Shown piece by piece: positions 1-11,385 of a DNA stretch of 64,000 nucleotides. Within the stretch, counting starts at the first letter, position 1. Each line of letters opens with the position of its first letter. The position numbers and the translations under genes are program-made. The notes under the pieces are model-generated. The model was given only the letters and a program-made list of their open reading frames with translations, had not been told where the DNA came from and did not search any database. Origin of the DNA: Guillardia theta CCMP2712 (taxonomy: Eukaryota; Protista; Cryptophyta); NCBI RefSeq assembly GCF_000315625.1, contig NW_005434600.1:157755-221754 (forward strand), given 5' to 3'.

Positions 1-141
1 TACTCCTCCTCCTCCTCCTCCTCCACTCCTACTCCACCTACTTCCTTCCCCTCCCGACCCCCCCCGACCCCCCCCCCCCCCCCCCGTCCCCCGCGCCCCT
101 TTCCCTTCCCCTCCCCTCATTCCCCTCCCATCCTCCTCTAC

Positions 142-590
142 CTGCAGAGATTTGGCTGGTTTCTTGCTTTTCTTTTCCTTGACTGCAGGAGGAGGAGCAG
201 GAGGAGGAGGGAGTCCCTGAGGTAGGATCGTGAGCAGCAACCAGCATGCCTCTACCTCTTACCAGGCCAGGAGGAGGAGGAGGAGGAGGCAAAGAACCGT
301 CGGCGGATGGAAGAGGAGGCAGAGGAGGAAGAGGAGGATCAGAAGGAGGAACAGAGCTGTTCTCGCCCTCCTCCACAGTGTCCTCCTTGGGGTGGGAGGA
401 AGCAGTGTCTGCATCCTTGGAGAAGAATGAATGATCCTGGTTGGCCGAGACAAGTCAGACAGAAAGACGGACAGAGGGGAGGAAATGGGTTGCAGGAACG
501 AAAGCAGAAGAACAGCAGCAGAAGAAGCGGATAGAGCAGCGGCAGAGACGGGAGCGAGAGCAAGCAGGAGCAGATGCAGGAACAGGCATG

Positions 591-650
<60 letters not shown>

Positions 651-3600
651 GTCACGAGGTCACCGGAGGGATCGCAATCAGCTTCGCGTCATTCTTGAGT
701 TCTTCCCCGCAGGTCAAGAGCTCACGGAGGAAAGTCTGAAGGTCAGCGAAGAATTGACCTGCATGACAAGAAGTGAGAAGAGAGGAGGAAAGTGGAGGAG
801 AACAGGACAGGCAAGGACAGGACGGGAGAGGAGACGACGGAGAGGAGCAGAGCAGAGCAGGTCAGAGCAGGGCAGGGCAGAGCAGGGCAGGGCAGGGCAG
901 GGCAGGGCAGAGCAGAGCAAAGAAAAATGGAAAGGATGAGAGGGGAGGAGGATAAGCTTCAAGGGATCATGCAGGGACGAAAATCCATGAGGCCTCTTGA
1001 CAGCCACACTTGTCAATCCATAGCTTCTGCTCTTGCAACCTAAACCTCCTCCTCCCCCTCCCTCGCCGGCCTCCTCCTCCCCCTCCTCCTACTCCTCCTC
1101 CTCCTCCTCCTCCTCCTCCTCCTCCTCCTCTTCCAACTCCTACTTCTCCCCCTCATCTCCCATTCCTCCACATTCACCTGCATTGAATTTTCCCGAGTCT
1201 TCCACAAAATATGCAGCCACCTTCGAATATCCTGTCAGAATCCATCCTTCCTCTCTCCCTCCTCCTGCTCCTCCTCTGCTCCTCTGCTCCTCTGCTCCTC
1301 TGCTCCTCTGCTCCTCTGCTCCTCTGCTCCTCTGCTCCTCTGCTCCTGCTCTTGCCCTCCTTCCCCTCCTCCTCTTGCCCTCCTTCCCAGCCTCCGCTTG
1401 ACTTCCTCTGCATCTCTTCTCCCATTCTCTCCTCCCCATCCCCCTATCCTCCTCCTCCTTCACCTGCGCATGCTCCTGCTGCATCCGAGAAAGATCATCT
1501 CCCATCTTCGTCACTTCCTCTGCTGCGCTCGACAGAAACTCGCCCATCTTCTCCATGAACTTGCGCACATGGCCCCTCTCCTCCTCCTCCTCCATCTTCT
1601 CCTCCACCTTCCCCAGGTTGGCCACCGTAGCCTGAGCCCCAGCACACGCCGTGCTGACCTCCTTGACCTCAGTGACGAGGAACTCGAACGAGATCTTCGT
1701 CGTCTCGTCGATCTTCCTCTTCAGCTCCTGCAGCTCCTCCTCCGCCCCCTCCCTCTTGCTCCTCAGCACGTGCATCATGTAGTGCAGCAGGTTCCCCCTC
1801 CTGTTCGACAGCTTGTTCCCTGCCAGCAGCGACGAGCTCTGGAACGTGAAGCCCAGCGCTCCTCCTAGCATGTGGCCCTCGTTGATGAAGTTGCCGATCG
1901 TCAGACCGAGCAGGAACACTTCACGAAGAGCAGGACAGCTCCTCACGCTAACGGCGCAGTCGATCGCTTGCCCCAGCTTCCCTCCTATCTCCTCCTTCCT
2001 CACGTGAAACTCCTCCCGGAACAGCATCGCTCCGATCCAGTCCTGCGGGAAGGGGAGCGCTCCCAGCTTCAGCAGGAACTGCTCTGCAGGCCCCAACTTC
2101 GCGCTCTCTCCCTTGCTCTGCTTGAGGTACGCTTGCAGAGTCTTCTCCTCGTCAGCGGTGGGCAGCATGCTCTTGAGCGACAGCAGCTTGTCCATGTCCA
2201 GCACCTCCATGTCCATCTCGAGAATCGCACGGCAGATCTCGTCCTGGGAGCAGCGGAACTGAGCGAGGGCGATGCCGACGTTCTGCGCTCGTTTCATGTC
2301 GAGGAGCGAGACGAACTTGCTCGGCTTCTGCTGCTTCCTCGCCGTCTTCTTCTTCTTCTTCTCGGCCTTAGGGTCCTCACACAGCAGCGCCTCCAGCTCC
2401 TTCTCCTCCAGGCCAAACGTCGTCAGCGAGCTCTTGCCTCGCACCTCGTGCCATAGGGCAGGAGCGACGCACTTCATCGGAGGAACCTTCTTCCAGTGCA
2501 GCATCTTCAGCGCAGGAGCATGCTTCCTCATCCGCAGCGCCATGGGGTTGCTCCCTCCCATCCCAGGGGGAGGAGGCGGCGGCAAGAGTCCTCCTGGGGG
2601 GGGCGGGGGAGGAGGAGGCCCTAGTCCGCCCAGTGGAGGAGGAGGAGGAGGAGGCGGAACTCCAGGAGGAAGAGGAGGGGCAGGAGGAGCAGGAGGGAGG
2701 CCTTGGGCGATCGGAGGGGCAGAAGCCTCAGGTATAGGAAGAGGCCTCCCTTTGCCCTCATCCTGGTCCTCCCTTTGCCCTTCCCCGCTCACTCGCCCCT
2801 TGTCCGACGCCTCCTTGAGCTTCTGCGACTGCCTGTAGCTCTCCAGCTTGCTCCTCGACGCAGAGGATGGCTTGTAGCTCCCTTCCTTCCTCTCCACCTC
2901 CTTCCTCTCCTCCGCTGCCTCCCCCTTCTCTCCTCCTGCCTGCTGCGACACCCTCCTCCTCTCCGCCTCTTTCCCTTCGCCTCCCTCCTCCTCCTCGTCG
3001 TTGTCCTTGAACAACGTGTGGATCTGGTACGCCCGCTCCACATCGTTGTTGGTCCTCTGCAGAGCAAACGCGGCGACCTTAGGAGGGACGTCTCGTTCCT
3101 CCAGCAGCTCCACGAGCCTCGGCTCCGGGTTGATCGCGTGGAGAGCAGAGAGATCCTCAAGGCAGCTCCCGCAGCGGAGGATGAGACTGAGCTCCTCCTC
3201 CTGGAACTTCTCCACTTCCTCGCTGCTCTCGTTGGCAACTACGTCGACTGTCATGTCGGTAGGAACGACAACGTTCTGTGGAGCGCCTGTGAGACAAGAC
3301 AAGACAAGACAAGACAAGACAAGACAAGACAAGACAATGTGAAGTCAAGTCAACCACGTCTGAAGGCTAGACACGGCACAGGAATGAGCTCCAACATCAG
3401 TCACCCTCACATCTCAAACCGCAAGTCAGACATCAAGCAAGGGAGCGACAAGGTAAAGAAACAGACAAGCAGCAGGGGCAGCAGCAAGTCAACTCACCGG
3501 CAAGATGTCAAGGTCGCTTCTGTGCAGCCTGAAGGGTCCGGGATGGACGAAGCCAGTGTTGAACGTGTACCGGAAGATGATGTCCTTGTCCACAGTCTCG

Positions 3601-6600
3601 TCGTTGTACTCCCCATCGCCAAGGCCGGGAAGGTTCTCCTCTCTCAGCTGCTTCTTCAAGGCCACGTGATAGCACGTGATGATCACGTCTCCTAGGACCG
3701 TCACCCCAGCTCGCCCGTCCGACCCTGTGAAGTGGAACTTGATCACTTCCCCCTCCTTGGAATCCACAAACACGGGAGCGATCCCCGCCTTGAGCGTGCT
3801 GTAGATCACGCTGCCGTTGTTGTGAACCTCCATGATGGGTCTACAGCCCTTGACCTCTCTCCCAGTCTTGGGGTCCGTCATCGCCTCGAAGATCAGGTTG
3901 CTGTTGGTGTCCTGGACCCCTTGGTTGCTGCGGTGGAGGAACAAGCGGTGCAGCACGAGCGGCTTCGTGTTGAACAAGCCAGCCCTGATGTTGACATCGA
4001 AGTCATTCACCAGCCGCTTGAACGACGGCTTCGTCCTCATGTCGTCCACCTCGTCCCTTGAGATGTTGCGCTTCATCGCAAACTCGTCGAGCGCGGCTTG
4101 TGCTGACGTCATCGACGAGACTTGGTTGGACCCCACGGCTGACCCGAACATCTCCAGGTCCTTGTTGAACTGGTCAAGGGCCTTGAAGCACGAGTACACC
4201 AGCGCTGCTCGCGTCCGCCCGTTGAGCGTCATGTACCGCTTCTTGCTCAGGTCCTCGTACTCGTTGTACAGCAGCACAACCACATGCTGCTTGTCCAGCG
4301 ACAGCCAGTACCTCATCCCATGGCAAAGCTTCAGCATGAAGGCGAGGCCTGGGATCGATTCCTCCAGGTCGTAGCTGACGACCTGGTGGTCCAGGGTAGA
4401 GTAGTCGAACTTGTCCTCGCCCGACAGGTTCCACACGAGGAACTTCTCCCCCATCTCCTCCCTCAGCTTCCGAATGGCGTCCTCCATCCCCTTGTTCTTG
4501 GGCGTCTTTCCGTACTTCCAGGGGAACCCCATGATGTACAGCCGGTCCTCCATCCTCACCAGCTCGTCGTGCAGTTGTGGCATCTTCTCCAGCAGGGAGA
4601 TGGCAGGGTCGAGCTTGTTGTTGCATCGCTTCAGCACCCATGCTCGCACCTTCTCGTTCACGTCTGATCGCTTGGGGTTCTGTTCGCGCTGAAGGCGGAG
4701 GTACTCGGAGAGGAGGAAGAGATACTCGTTGGAGGGCTTCACGATGTGCATCTCGCTCATGCCGATCAAGCCGCTGAAGTCCGAAGGGAAGATGAAGTCC
4801 TCTACCCCCGGCCGCTCCTCCACCTGGAGCTCAGCTGGGCTCTCCTTGTCCTGAGCTGGGGGGCTGAGGATCAGGTCGACCTTGAAGTCCGACGACATGG
4901 AGACAGGGTTGTTGTGAGAGATCGGCATGCTGGGATACTCGCAGGCGAAGTCAAGGTCCTCTTTCTTCAGCCTCTGCATCTGTCCTCCGTTGGATAGGAA
5001 GCCGGTGTGAAAGCAGATGCGGAAGATGGGGATCTTGTCCGACTTGGGTTTTGTCAGCTTCTCCGTCTGTTTGTTGATACGGTTTGCCTCTTGCTTCACG
5101 TAGCCGTGCCGCACGTGATAGCAGGAGATCACAACATCGCCCCACAGTAGCGCATTCAGCGACTCAAACACCATGATCTCGTCCTTGCTGGAGAAAGAAG
5201 TAAACTTCGCATCTCGGATGTCGGTGTATTTTGCTGCAGTGCAGCAACGTCAGATGTCGTGTCGACACATCAGCATAGCAAGGAGGCTTCCATCACCTTG
5301 CAGATCGATCTTCTCTCCATTGCACAAGATCTCCAAGATCTTCTCGCATGTCAACCCCAGCAACCCCAGCACAGGCTCTCACCGGTCGGCACTGGCTGCT
5401 GTCGAAGAAAGCAGGCACAATGTGAACAAAGATGCAGTCGAGCATCACGGGCTTTGTGTTGGAGAAGCCATGCTTTCGGATGTCATCGATGTAGCTGTAA
5501 TACCTGACATGTACACTCTCAGATCCCACACCCATGATGACACATTGTCATGGTCTCACAGAGACAGCGAAGGCACAAAGACGTTCGAGATGTCGCCTAG
5601 CTGCGAGCAGCAGACAAGTCAGAAGCTGCTTCATACGTCAAGCAGCAAGCTTGTCCCACCAGATCCACCACCCGATCCAGCCCCTCGCGCGCATCTTTCG
5701 TCTCTCCCGAGTACGCCAGGTACGCGCTGACGAGAAAAGCGACGCGGCTCTCGATGTTGATCGACATGGTGTCCTTGTCGACGTGGGGAGAGCTCAACCC
5801 GTCCTCATAGAGAATGACGGCGATGTTGAGCGCGTCTTGCTTCAGCCAGTAGCTGAGATACAGCACGTCAATCCCTCCACCCAAGCATGAGGTCGTCTAC
5901 CGTATCATGTTGCAGATGCTGAAGGTGAACTGCATGGAGGGGATGTACTCGGGGAAGTCTCGTACATCAAGGACCTGAGAAAGCGCTCCATGAGATAGAA
6001 CAAGCTTGAAAGTCAAAGATGTCTTGACCGTGACTACCAACAGCTTTCTTTCTACTCAACAAACACCAAAGGCAAGTGCAACACATCAAGATAAGCTTCA
6101 ACCACTCACTTGCTCCTCCAAATCCTTCGTCTCAAACAGACGCTTGTCTGTGGCAGTCAGGTTCCACACCAAGTAATGCCCAGCATGCTCCTGTCTCAGA
6201 CTTCACCCCCGCACTGTCACAACTCCCGCCCACTCACTTCGTTCAGTCTATTGATCGATCTAGCAAGCCTGGAAGAAGCGAACAGCATCAGACGAAGCAA
6301 TCAAGCACATGTGACTCGCCTCGATTTGTCATCGCCGATAGGCAGCAAGACGAGGTTCTTTGTGATGTATGTGAGGTACCCTGATGACAAGCTGCTCAGC
6401 ACATGCTCATGCTGCAACTACTCCTCGTCCTCACCCAAGTCCTCGCCTCGACCAGCGATTGCATCGTAAGCTGCTGACCAGACCCTGCTGGCGATGGTGG
6501 CTTCATTGAAGACAAGGTGTCAGACTATCAGCATCACGATGGCACAAAGAGTCTGCAGGGTCAGACCTTTCTTGGTGCCTCGATGACGCGGGAGGGGTGG

Positions 6601-6618
6601 CGATTCAGACTTGTTCAT
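142..6618 (-). CDS. Formin, (PTEN-like + C2 + UBA-like)x2 - FH1 - FH2 - Pro-rich tail; multi-exon, last exon lies outside the window (<1)
   Basis: ORF 1140..3332 has poly-Pro FH1 and FH2 hallmarks (LKMLHWKKV, LLDMKRAQNVGIAL, LGPAEQFL, LTIGNFINEG...ALGF). ORF 3489..5174 has two PTEN-type C2 segments (GDVVISCYH...IFRICFHTGF; GDVIITCYH...IFRYTFNTGF) and a PTEN-like segment (DRLYIMGFP, FLVWNLS). Upstream exons at 5300-6618 encode a first PTEN-like segment. ATG at 6618 is tentative. Confidence 0.9.
594..648. repeat. (CAG)n microsatellite in a formin intron
   Basis: Direct reading of the sequence. Confidence 0.95.
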
Positions 6619-7726
6619 GGTCGGTGATCTCAGGGCTCATCGCCTAGTGGGCACATTCCCCTGACAGCTCCAAGAGAAACGCCAGCTCGTGAAGAAGCGA
6701 AGGCTGAAAGATGTCGGCCAGGCTCAACTAGCCAGCAGCGCTCAGTTAGGTTCTACAAAGATTCCTGGCTTACAAATGCTACCTCCTCCTCCTCCTCGCT
6801 CTTTGGATATGATGAGTGACTAGACTATCGATATCACGTTCAAGTTCGCTTCTTCTTGACCGCTCTCCTCCTCTCCTTCCTTCATCCCTCCCTCTCCCTT
6901 CCCCTCTGCCGCGCTGCCTCCCTCCTGTTGCTGAGTCTGCATTGATCCCCCAGAAATGTCATAAAAACATTATATCAAAACTAGCTGGCTGATCTGGTGC
7001 TGCCCATGGACCCACCCGTTGCGAGCCAAGTACCCTACCTTGTTACTGCTTCCAAAATTGGCACTTCTGTCTGACCCCACTCCACCCCCCACCCCCCCGC
7101 CCTCCCCCCACCCCCACCCCCCACCCCACCCCACAAGGACCATCCTTCCTTTTGAAATGAATACTACCGACAACATTACCACCCACCCCATCTTCTCTGA
7201 AGTTGGCGGTGAAACGGTGAATAACGGACTCGAATTGGGGATCAGCGCTACACCATGCCGCCCGGCCAACAGCGGCTCCACATCTCCTCCCTCTCTGAGA
7301 GGTCACCCGGTGACTTGAACGGGTGACTTCCTGGCGGCACTCACAGTTCTGCTGGCACTCCGAGCCGGCCCGGTCCACCGCCGCCGCCAGGTAAGCTAAT
7401 AACTGATTACTCGGACCCGGGCGGGCCCGGGATGGTCCGATCGCCTGTGCGCAACGGTTAAGTGAAGGTGTAATGATTACTGAGTTTAAAAGTATTATAC
7501 ACGGCCTCTTAACAACTGATACTACCGTAAGCAAAAGAGACCCCTATTGTTGACTTCGGTCTTTTAAATTGTACGGTTGCTGGAATAACTGATACTACTG
7601 GTAGTGATCACCCTATTTTTGACTTTGTCTGACGGCCCTCAGCTGAGCGTCAGCTGCATGCGGCTAGGGGGGGGGGGCAGAGGAAGCGTCAGACACAGAG
7701 TGAGTGAAGGAGGGAGCGGGAAGAGA

Positions 7727-8491
7727 ATGCTGCGAGACTCCGTCATCTTGATCGTACTTGGAGGTTGGTTGTGTCCGCAAGCCGAGGCCGGGTGTGGAAA
7801 CTGCTCGTTCGATTTCTCGGAATCAATTTTGTCGAGAAAGGGAATGTGTAATGGTGACTGCGGGATTGATGTTGCGTGGGGAACCTATCGGAGAAGTTTG
7901 CGTTTGAATTCCTGCGAACCACCCATTCAGAGCATAGCGGATGGGGCAGTCTTCGATGGGCTCTGGAACTTACAGGATCTATTGCTGCAGTACAACAGCC
8001 TCTACAGTCTTCCAGCAGGAGTCTTCGACGGGCTCTCAAGCTTGGAGGGGCTATTTCTCCAAAACAACCAACTGACGAGTCTGCCGGTTGGAATCTTCGA
8101 CAAGCTTACGAACCTGCAGCATCTACTGCTTGGAGACAACAACCTGGTAAGTTTGCCATCAGGAGTCTTTGACAGGCTTTCAAACTTACAGACGCTAAGT
8201 CTTCTGAACAACAAGATTTCCTGCATTCCTTCCGATGCTTTCGCAAATCTTTCGTCCCTGAACATTTTGCAACTCAGAGGGAACAACCTTCCGTGCTATC
8301 ATCTGTCTTGGCCAGCTTTCACTCAATATGATGCAAATCTCCAGCCGTGCCAAAACGAAACTGTTTGCAATGACAACGGAGAAAGCTCTTCCGCGTTTGC
8401 TCTGCAGAGGACCAACAACGATGTAGAGCGGGCGTACCAGATCCACACGTTGTTCAAGGACAACGATGACGAGGAGGATGGAGGCGTATAG
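7727..8491 (+). CDS. Intronless typical-class (24-aa) leucine-rich repeat protein with predicted signal peptide; C-terminus derived from the formin and truncated by an insertion
   Basis: MLRDSVILIVLGGWLCPQAEAG leader, Cys-rich N-cap, repeats such as LEGLFLQNNQLTSLPVGIFDKLTN and LQHLLLGDNNLVSLPSGVFDRLSN. Last ~30 aa (AFALQRTNNDVERAYQIHTLFKDND) are identical to the formin. Confidence 0.85.
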   Translation: MLRDSVILIVLGGWLCPQAEAGCGNCSFDFSESILSRKGMCNGDCGIDVAWGTYRRSLRLNSCEPPIQSIADGAVFDGLWNLQDLLLQYNSLYSLPAGVFDGLSSLEGLFLQNNQLTSLPVGIFDKLTNLQHLLLGDNNLVSLPSGVFDRLSNLQTLSLLNNKISCIPSDAFANLSSLNILQLRGNNLPCYHLSWPAFTQYDANLQPCQNETVCNDNGESSSAFALQRTNNDVERAYQIHTLFKDNDDEEDGGV

Positions 8492-9581
8492 AGATTTCCA
8501 GTGGCACTCTCCTCACACACGAAGCAAAGATGCGTGACAACTCTGATGACGATGATTGCCAATATCTATGATGGTGAAGATAGCGATCACCGATGGTCGC
8601 GCCGAGGGATGATAGTATCAGGAAACAGAGAACTAGCAGAGATGACGATAGATGTTCAAGCTTGTTCACTTCAAGCAATCAAGTCTACCAGAGACACGTC
8701 ACCTCGTTCTCGTTTCCCCTTCCTGTCGATGCAAGCGCGGCCCTTCTTCCTCTTCCTCGACCCCTCAAATAGGCCCTGCCTAGTCCTAGGAACTACTACT
8801 ACCGGTACCTTGCTCTTCTAACCAGCGATATGATTCCTCGACCGGTCCAGGTCCTGGTTCCATAGCTTGGGGGTCTCCTGAGAACGAGTCATAGGCTTGA
8901 CATGACGAGATCTTCGATTCGCATCCAACGCTCTCTGTCAAGATCCCATAGCTGCTCTCTTGATAGATCCCATAGCTGCTCTCTTGATAGATCCCATAGC
9001 TGCTCTCTTGATAGATCCCATAGCTGCTCTCTTGATAGATCCCATAGCTGCTCTCTTGATAGATCCCATAGCTGCTCTCTTGATAGATCCCATAGCTGCT
9101 CTCTTGACAGATCCCATAGCTGCTCTCTTGATAGATCCCATAGCTGCTCTCTTGATAGATCCCATAGCTGCTCTCTTGACAGATCCCATAGCTGCTCTCT
9201 TGACAGATCCCATAGCTGCTCTCTTGACAGATCCCATAGCTGCTCTCTTGACGGATCCCGTATGTCCCTGTAATCTGCTGAGAGGTGTTCCCGTGTCTTC
9301 CTCACGTGCCCGCCGGTAGAATAATTCTGATTTATTGGCGGGCTGCCATATCCTGTCACCTGCTGTCCTGTAGAGGTCTGATATAAGCTGATTCGCTTAT
9401 CGCCTGCTGCCTCCGATCGTTCCTAGGTTCTTACTGTCTTCTTCATGGTCCTCCTACGTCGTCCCTATCGAAGCTGTTGCTGTCCTCTCCGTGGGTACTT
9501 CCTAACCCTCTGTGCACTTGAGCCACATCGACTGCCTGGCCTAGTCTGATATGAAGCTTGCTGCCATCAGTTGCTGCAACA
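8487..9581. mobile_element. 1,095-bp insertion with 5-bp TSD (AGGCG), probable solo LTR
   Basis: AGGCG at 8482-8486 and 9582-9586. The flanks join seamlessly into sequence colinear with the formin at ~2960-3000. Ends are TATAG...GCAACA (TG..CA-like, one mismatch). No transposase or RT ORF inside. Confidence 0.75.
8941..9252. repeat. 24-bp tandem repeat x13 (AGATCCCATAGCTGCTCTCTTGA[T/C])
   Basis: 13 near-perfect contiguous units with no spacers. Confidence 0.97.
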
Positions 9582-10350
9582 AGGCGCAGGGAGAGAGGCG
9601 GAGAGGAGGAGGGTGTCGCAGCAGGCAGGAGGAGAGAAGGGGGAGGCAGCGGAGGAGAGGAAGGAGGTGGAGAGGAAGGAAGGGAGCTACAAGCCATCCT
9701 CTGCGTCGAGGAGCAAGCTGGAGAGCTACAGGCAGTCGCAGAAGCTCAAGGAGGCGTCGGACAAGGGGCGAGTGAGCGGGGAAGGGCAAAGGCTGGACCA
9801 GGATGAGGGCAAAGGGAGGCCTCTTCCTATACCTGAGGCTTCTGCCCCTCCAATCGCCCAAGGCCTCTCCCCCGCTCGTCCTGCACCACCTTTGAACAGA
9901 CCCCGGCTTTCTCCTGCTGCTGCTACTGCTCCACGAGGCGTCCCCGCGTATCAGATTGCTACTGATCCTTTCTCGATGGCAAATCTGTTTCCTCCTCCTC
10001 CTGCTCCTACTCTTGCAGTCAAGGAAAGAAAGCAAGAAACCAGCCAAATCTCTGCAGGTAGAGGAGGAGGGGAGGGGAATGAGGAGAGGGGAAGAGAAGG
10101 GCGCGGGGGGCGGGGGGCGGGAAGGAAGAATTCGGATGGATGGAGAGGAGGGGAGAGGAAAGGGGAGGGGAGGGGAAAGGGGAGTGGGGGGAGAATCGGG
10201 ATGAGAGAGGAGAGGAGAGGAGAGGAGAGGAGAGGAGGATATGGGATTGATGAGTTATTCCAGGAAATCGCGCAGGAGAGGATGGCGAAAATCGCTGCGA
10301 GAAAAGCAGCAGAGGGAGGGAACAAGGGAGGAGGGGAGGAAGATTTGTAA
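9582..10350 (+). pseudogene. Inverted partial duplicate of the formin (linker + C-terminal tail, FH1/FH2 deleted); 3' half of the LRR-formin chimera
   Basis: 9582-9868 is nearly identical to the reverse complement of ~2698-2983. ~9990-10075 matches the reverse complement of ~125-210, including an intron donor (CTGCAG|GTAGAG), with 2 nt deleted relative to the parent. Confidence 0.85.
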
Positions 10351-10834
10351 ATGCCACTGAGATGAGCTAACAAGACAATAAGACCAACAAGACTATGGAA
10401 GGATCGAGCACGAGAAGGATGTATGGATAGCACAATGCAGATGAGGAGAAATTGCGAGCTGATGAGGAAATTCAGTTGGATATCAGAGGTGTGAGGGGCG
10501 AAAGGCACAAAGGGAGGAGGAGAAGTTGGGAGGTTGGGAATGTAAGGAGGGACAGAAAGGGAGAGATCCGAAAGATCCGAAAGAGGAGGAGAGGACAGGG
10601 GAAGAATCACCCAGCAAGGTAGATGTGGGGAGGGGAGGTACTATCCAGCAAGGTAGGAGATCAAGTTGGCTAGTGGCAACCACTTCATTGAGCATCATGT
10701 GGGTACGTAGCGTCTAGAAAGCTGCATTGTTGGCATGCGACGCTTTCTCGTCATGCTTCCACCACTGGTCGCTGCGCCCGGCGGTGCCGTCGAAGGACTT
10801 GGCAGACCATCTGGTGGCTAGATGAGAGAGATTC

Positions 10835-11004
10835 GAGGAGGAGGAGGAGGAGGAGGAGGAGGAGGAGGAGGAGGAGGAGGAGGAGGAGGAGGAGGGAGAG
10901 GGAGAGGGAGAGGGAGAGGGAGAGGAGGAGGAGGAGGAGGGAGAGGAGGAGGGAGAGGAGGAGGGAGAGGAGGAGGGAGAGGAGGAGGAGGAGGAGGAGG
11001 AGGA
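10835..11004. repeat. (GGA)n/(GGGAGA)n purine tract
   Basis: Direct reading of the sequence. Confidence 0.9.
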
Positions 11005-11385
11005 CAAATGAGGGGACAAGGGGTTCTCAGCAAGAGAATTCTAGGAAGGGAAACGGCGGAAAACAAGGAGGGAGGGAGGCACAAGGGTCAACCAGTTGTC
11101 ATTCTTGCCGACAACGTCAATCATGAGTTCAAGGCTAAAATCGACCTTCGTGAAGGAGCTCAACCAGTTCAGAGCAAGCCTTATCCGATTCCAATCGCAC
11201 TTGAGGGAGACCTCCAGGAGGCTTTATCGTATATGCCGCAGAGGGATATGATCGAAGTCTCATCGTCAGCCTGCTCTAGTTCTGTGATCTTTGTGAAGAA
11301 GAAGGATAGAACTGCGCCGCTCCCACACGTTACTCAGATGCCCTTGCCACGACGACGTAAAGTCTTCTTCACTTCGTAGAAGTCA

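Noticed and set aside
1398-5730. Long plus-strand ORFs opposite the formin (also opposite USP at 25339-26492)
   Set aside because: Antisense shadows of GC3-rich coding sequence with no recognisable motifs.
7727-8390. LRR protein as a variable lymphocyte receptor
   Set aside because: The similarity is only the generic 24-aa typical LRR consensus. No cassette array or VLR C-cap/stalk is visible.
8941-9252. 24-bp array as a CRISPR array
   Set aside because: Units are contiguous with no unique spacers, there are no cas genes, and the context is eukaryotic.
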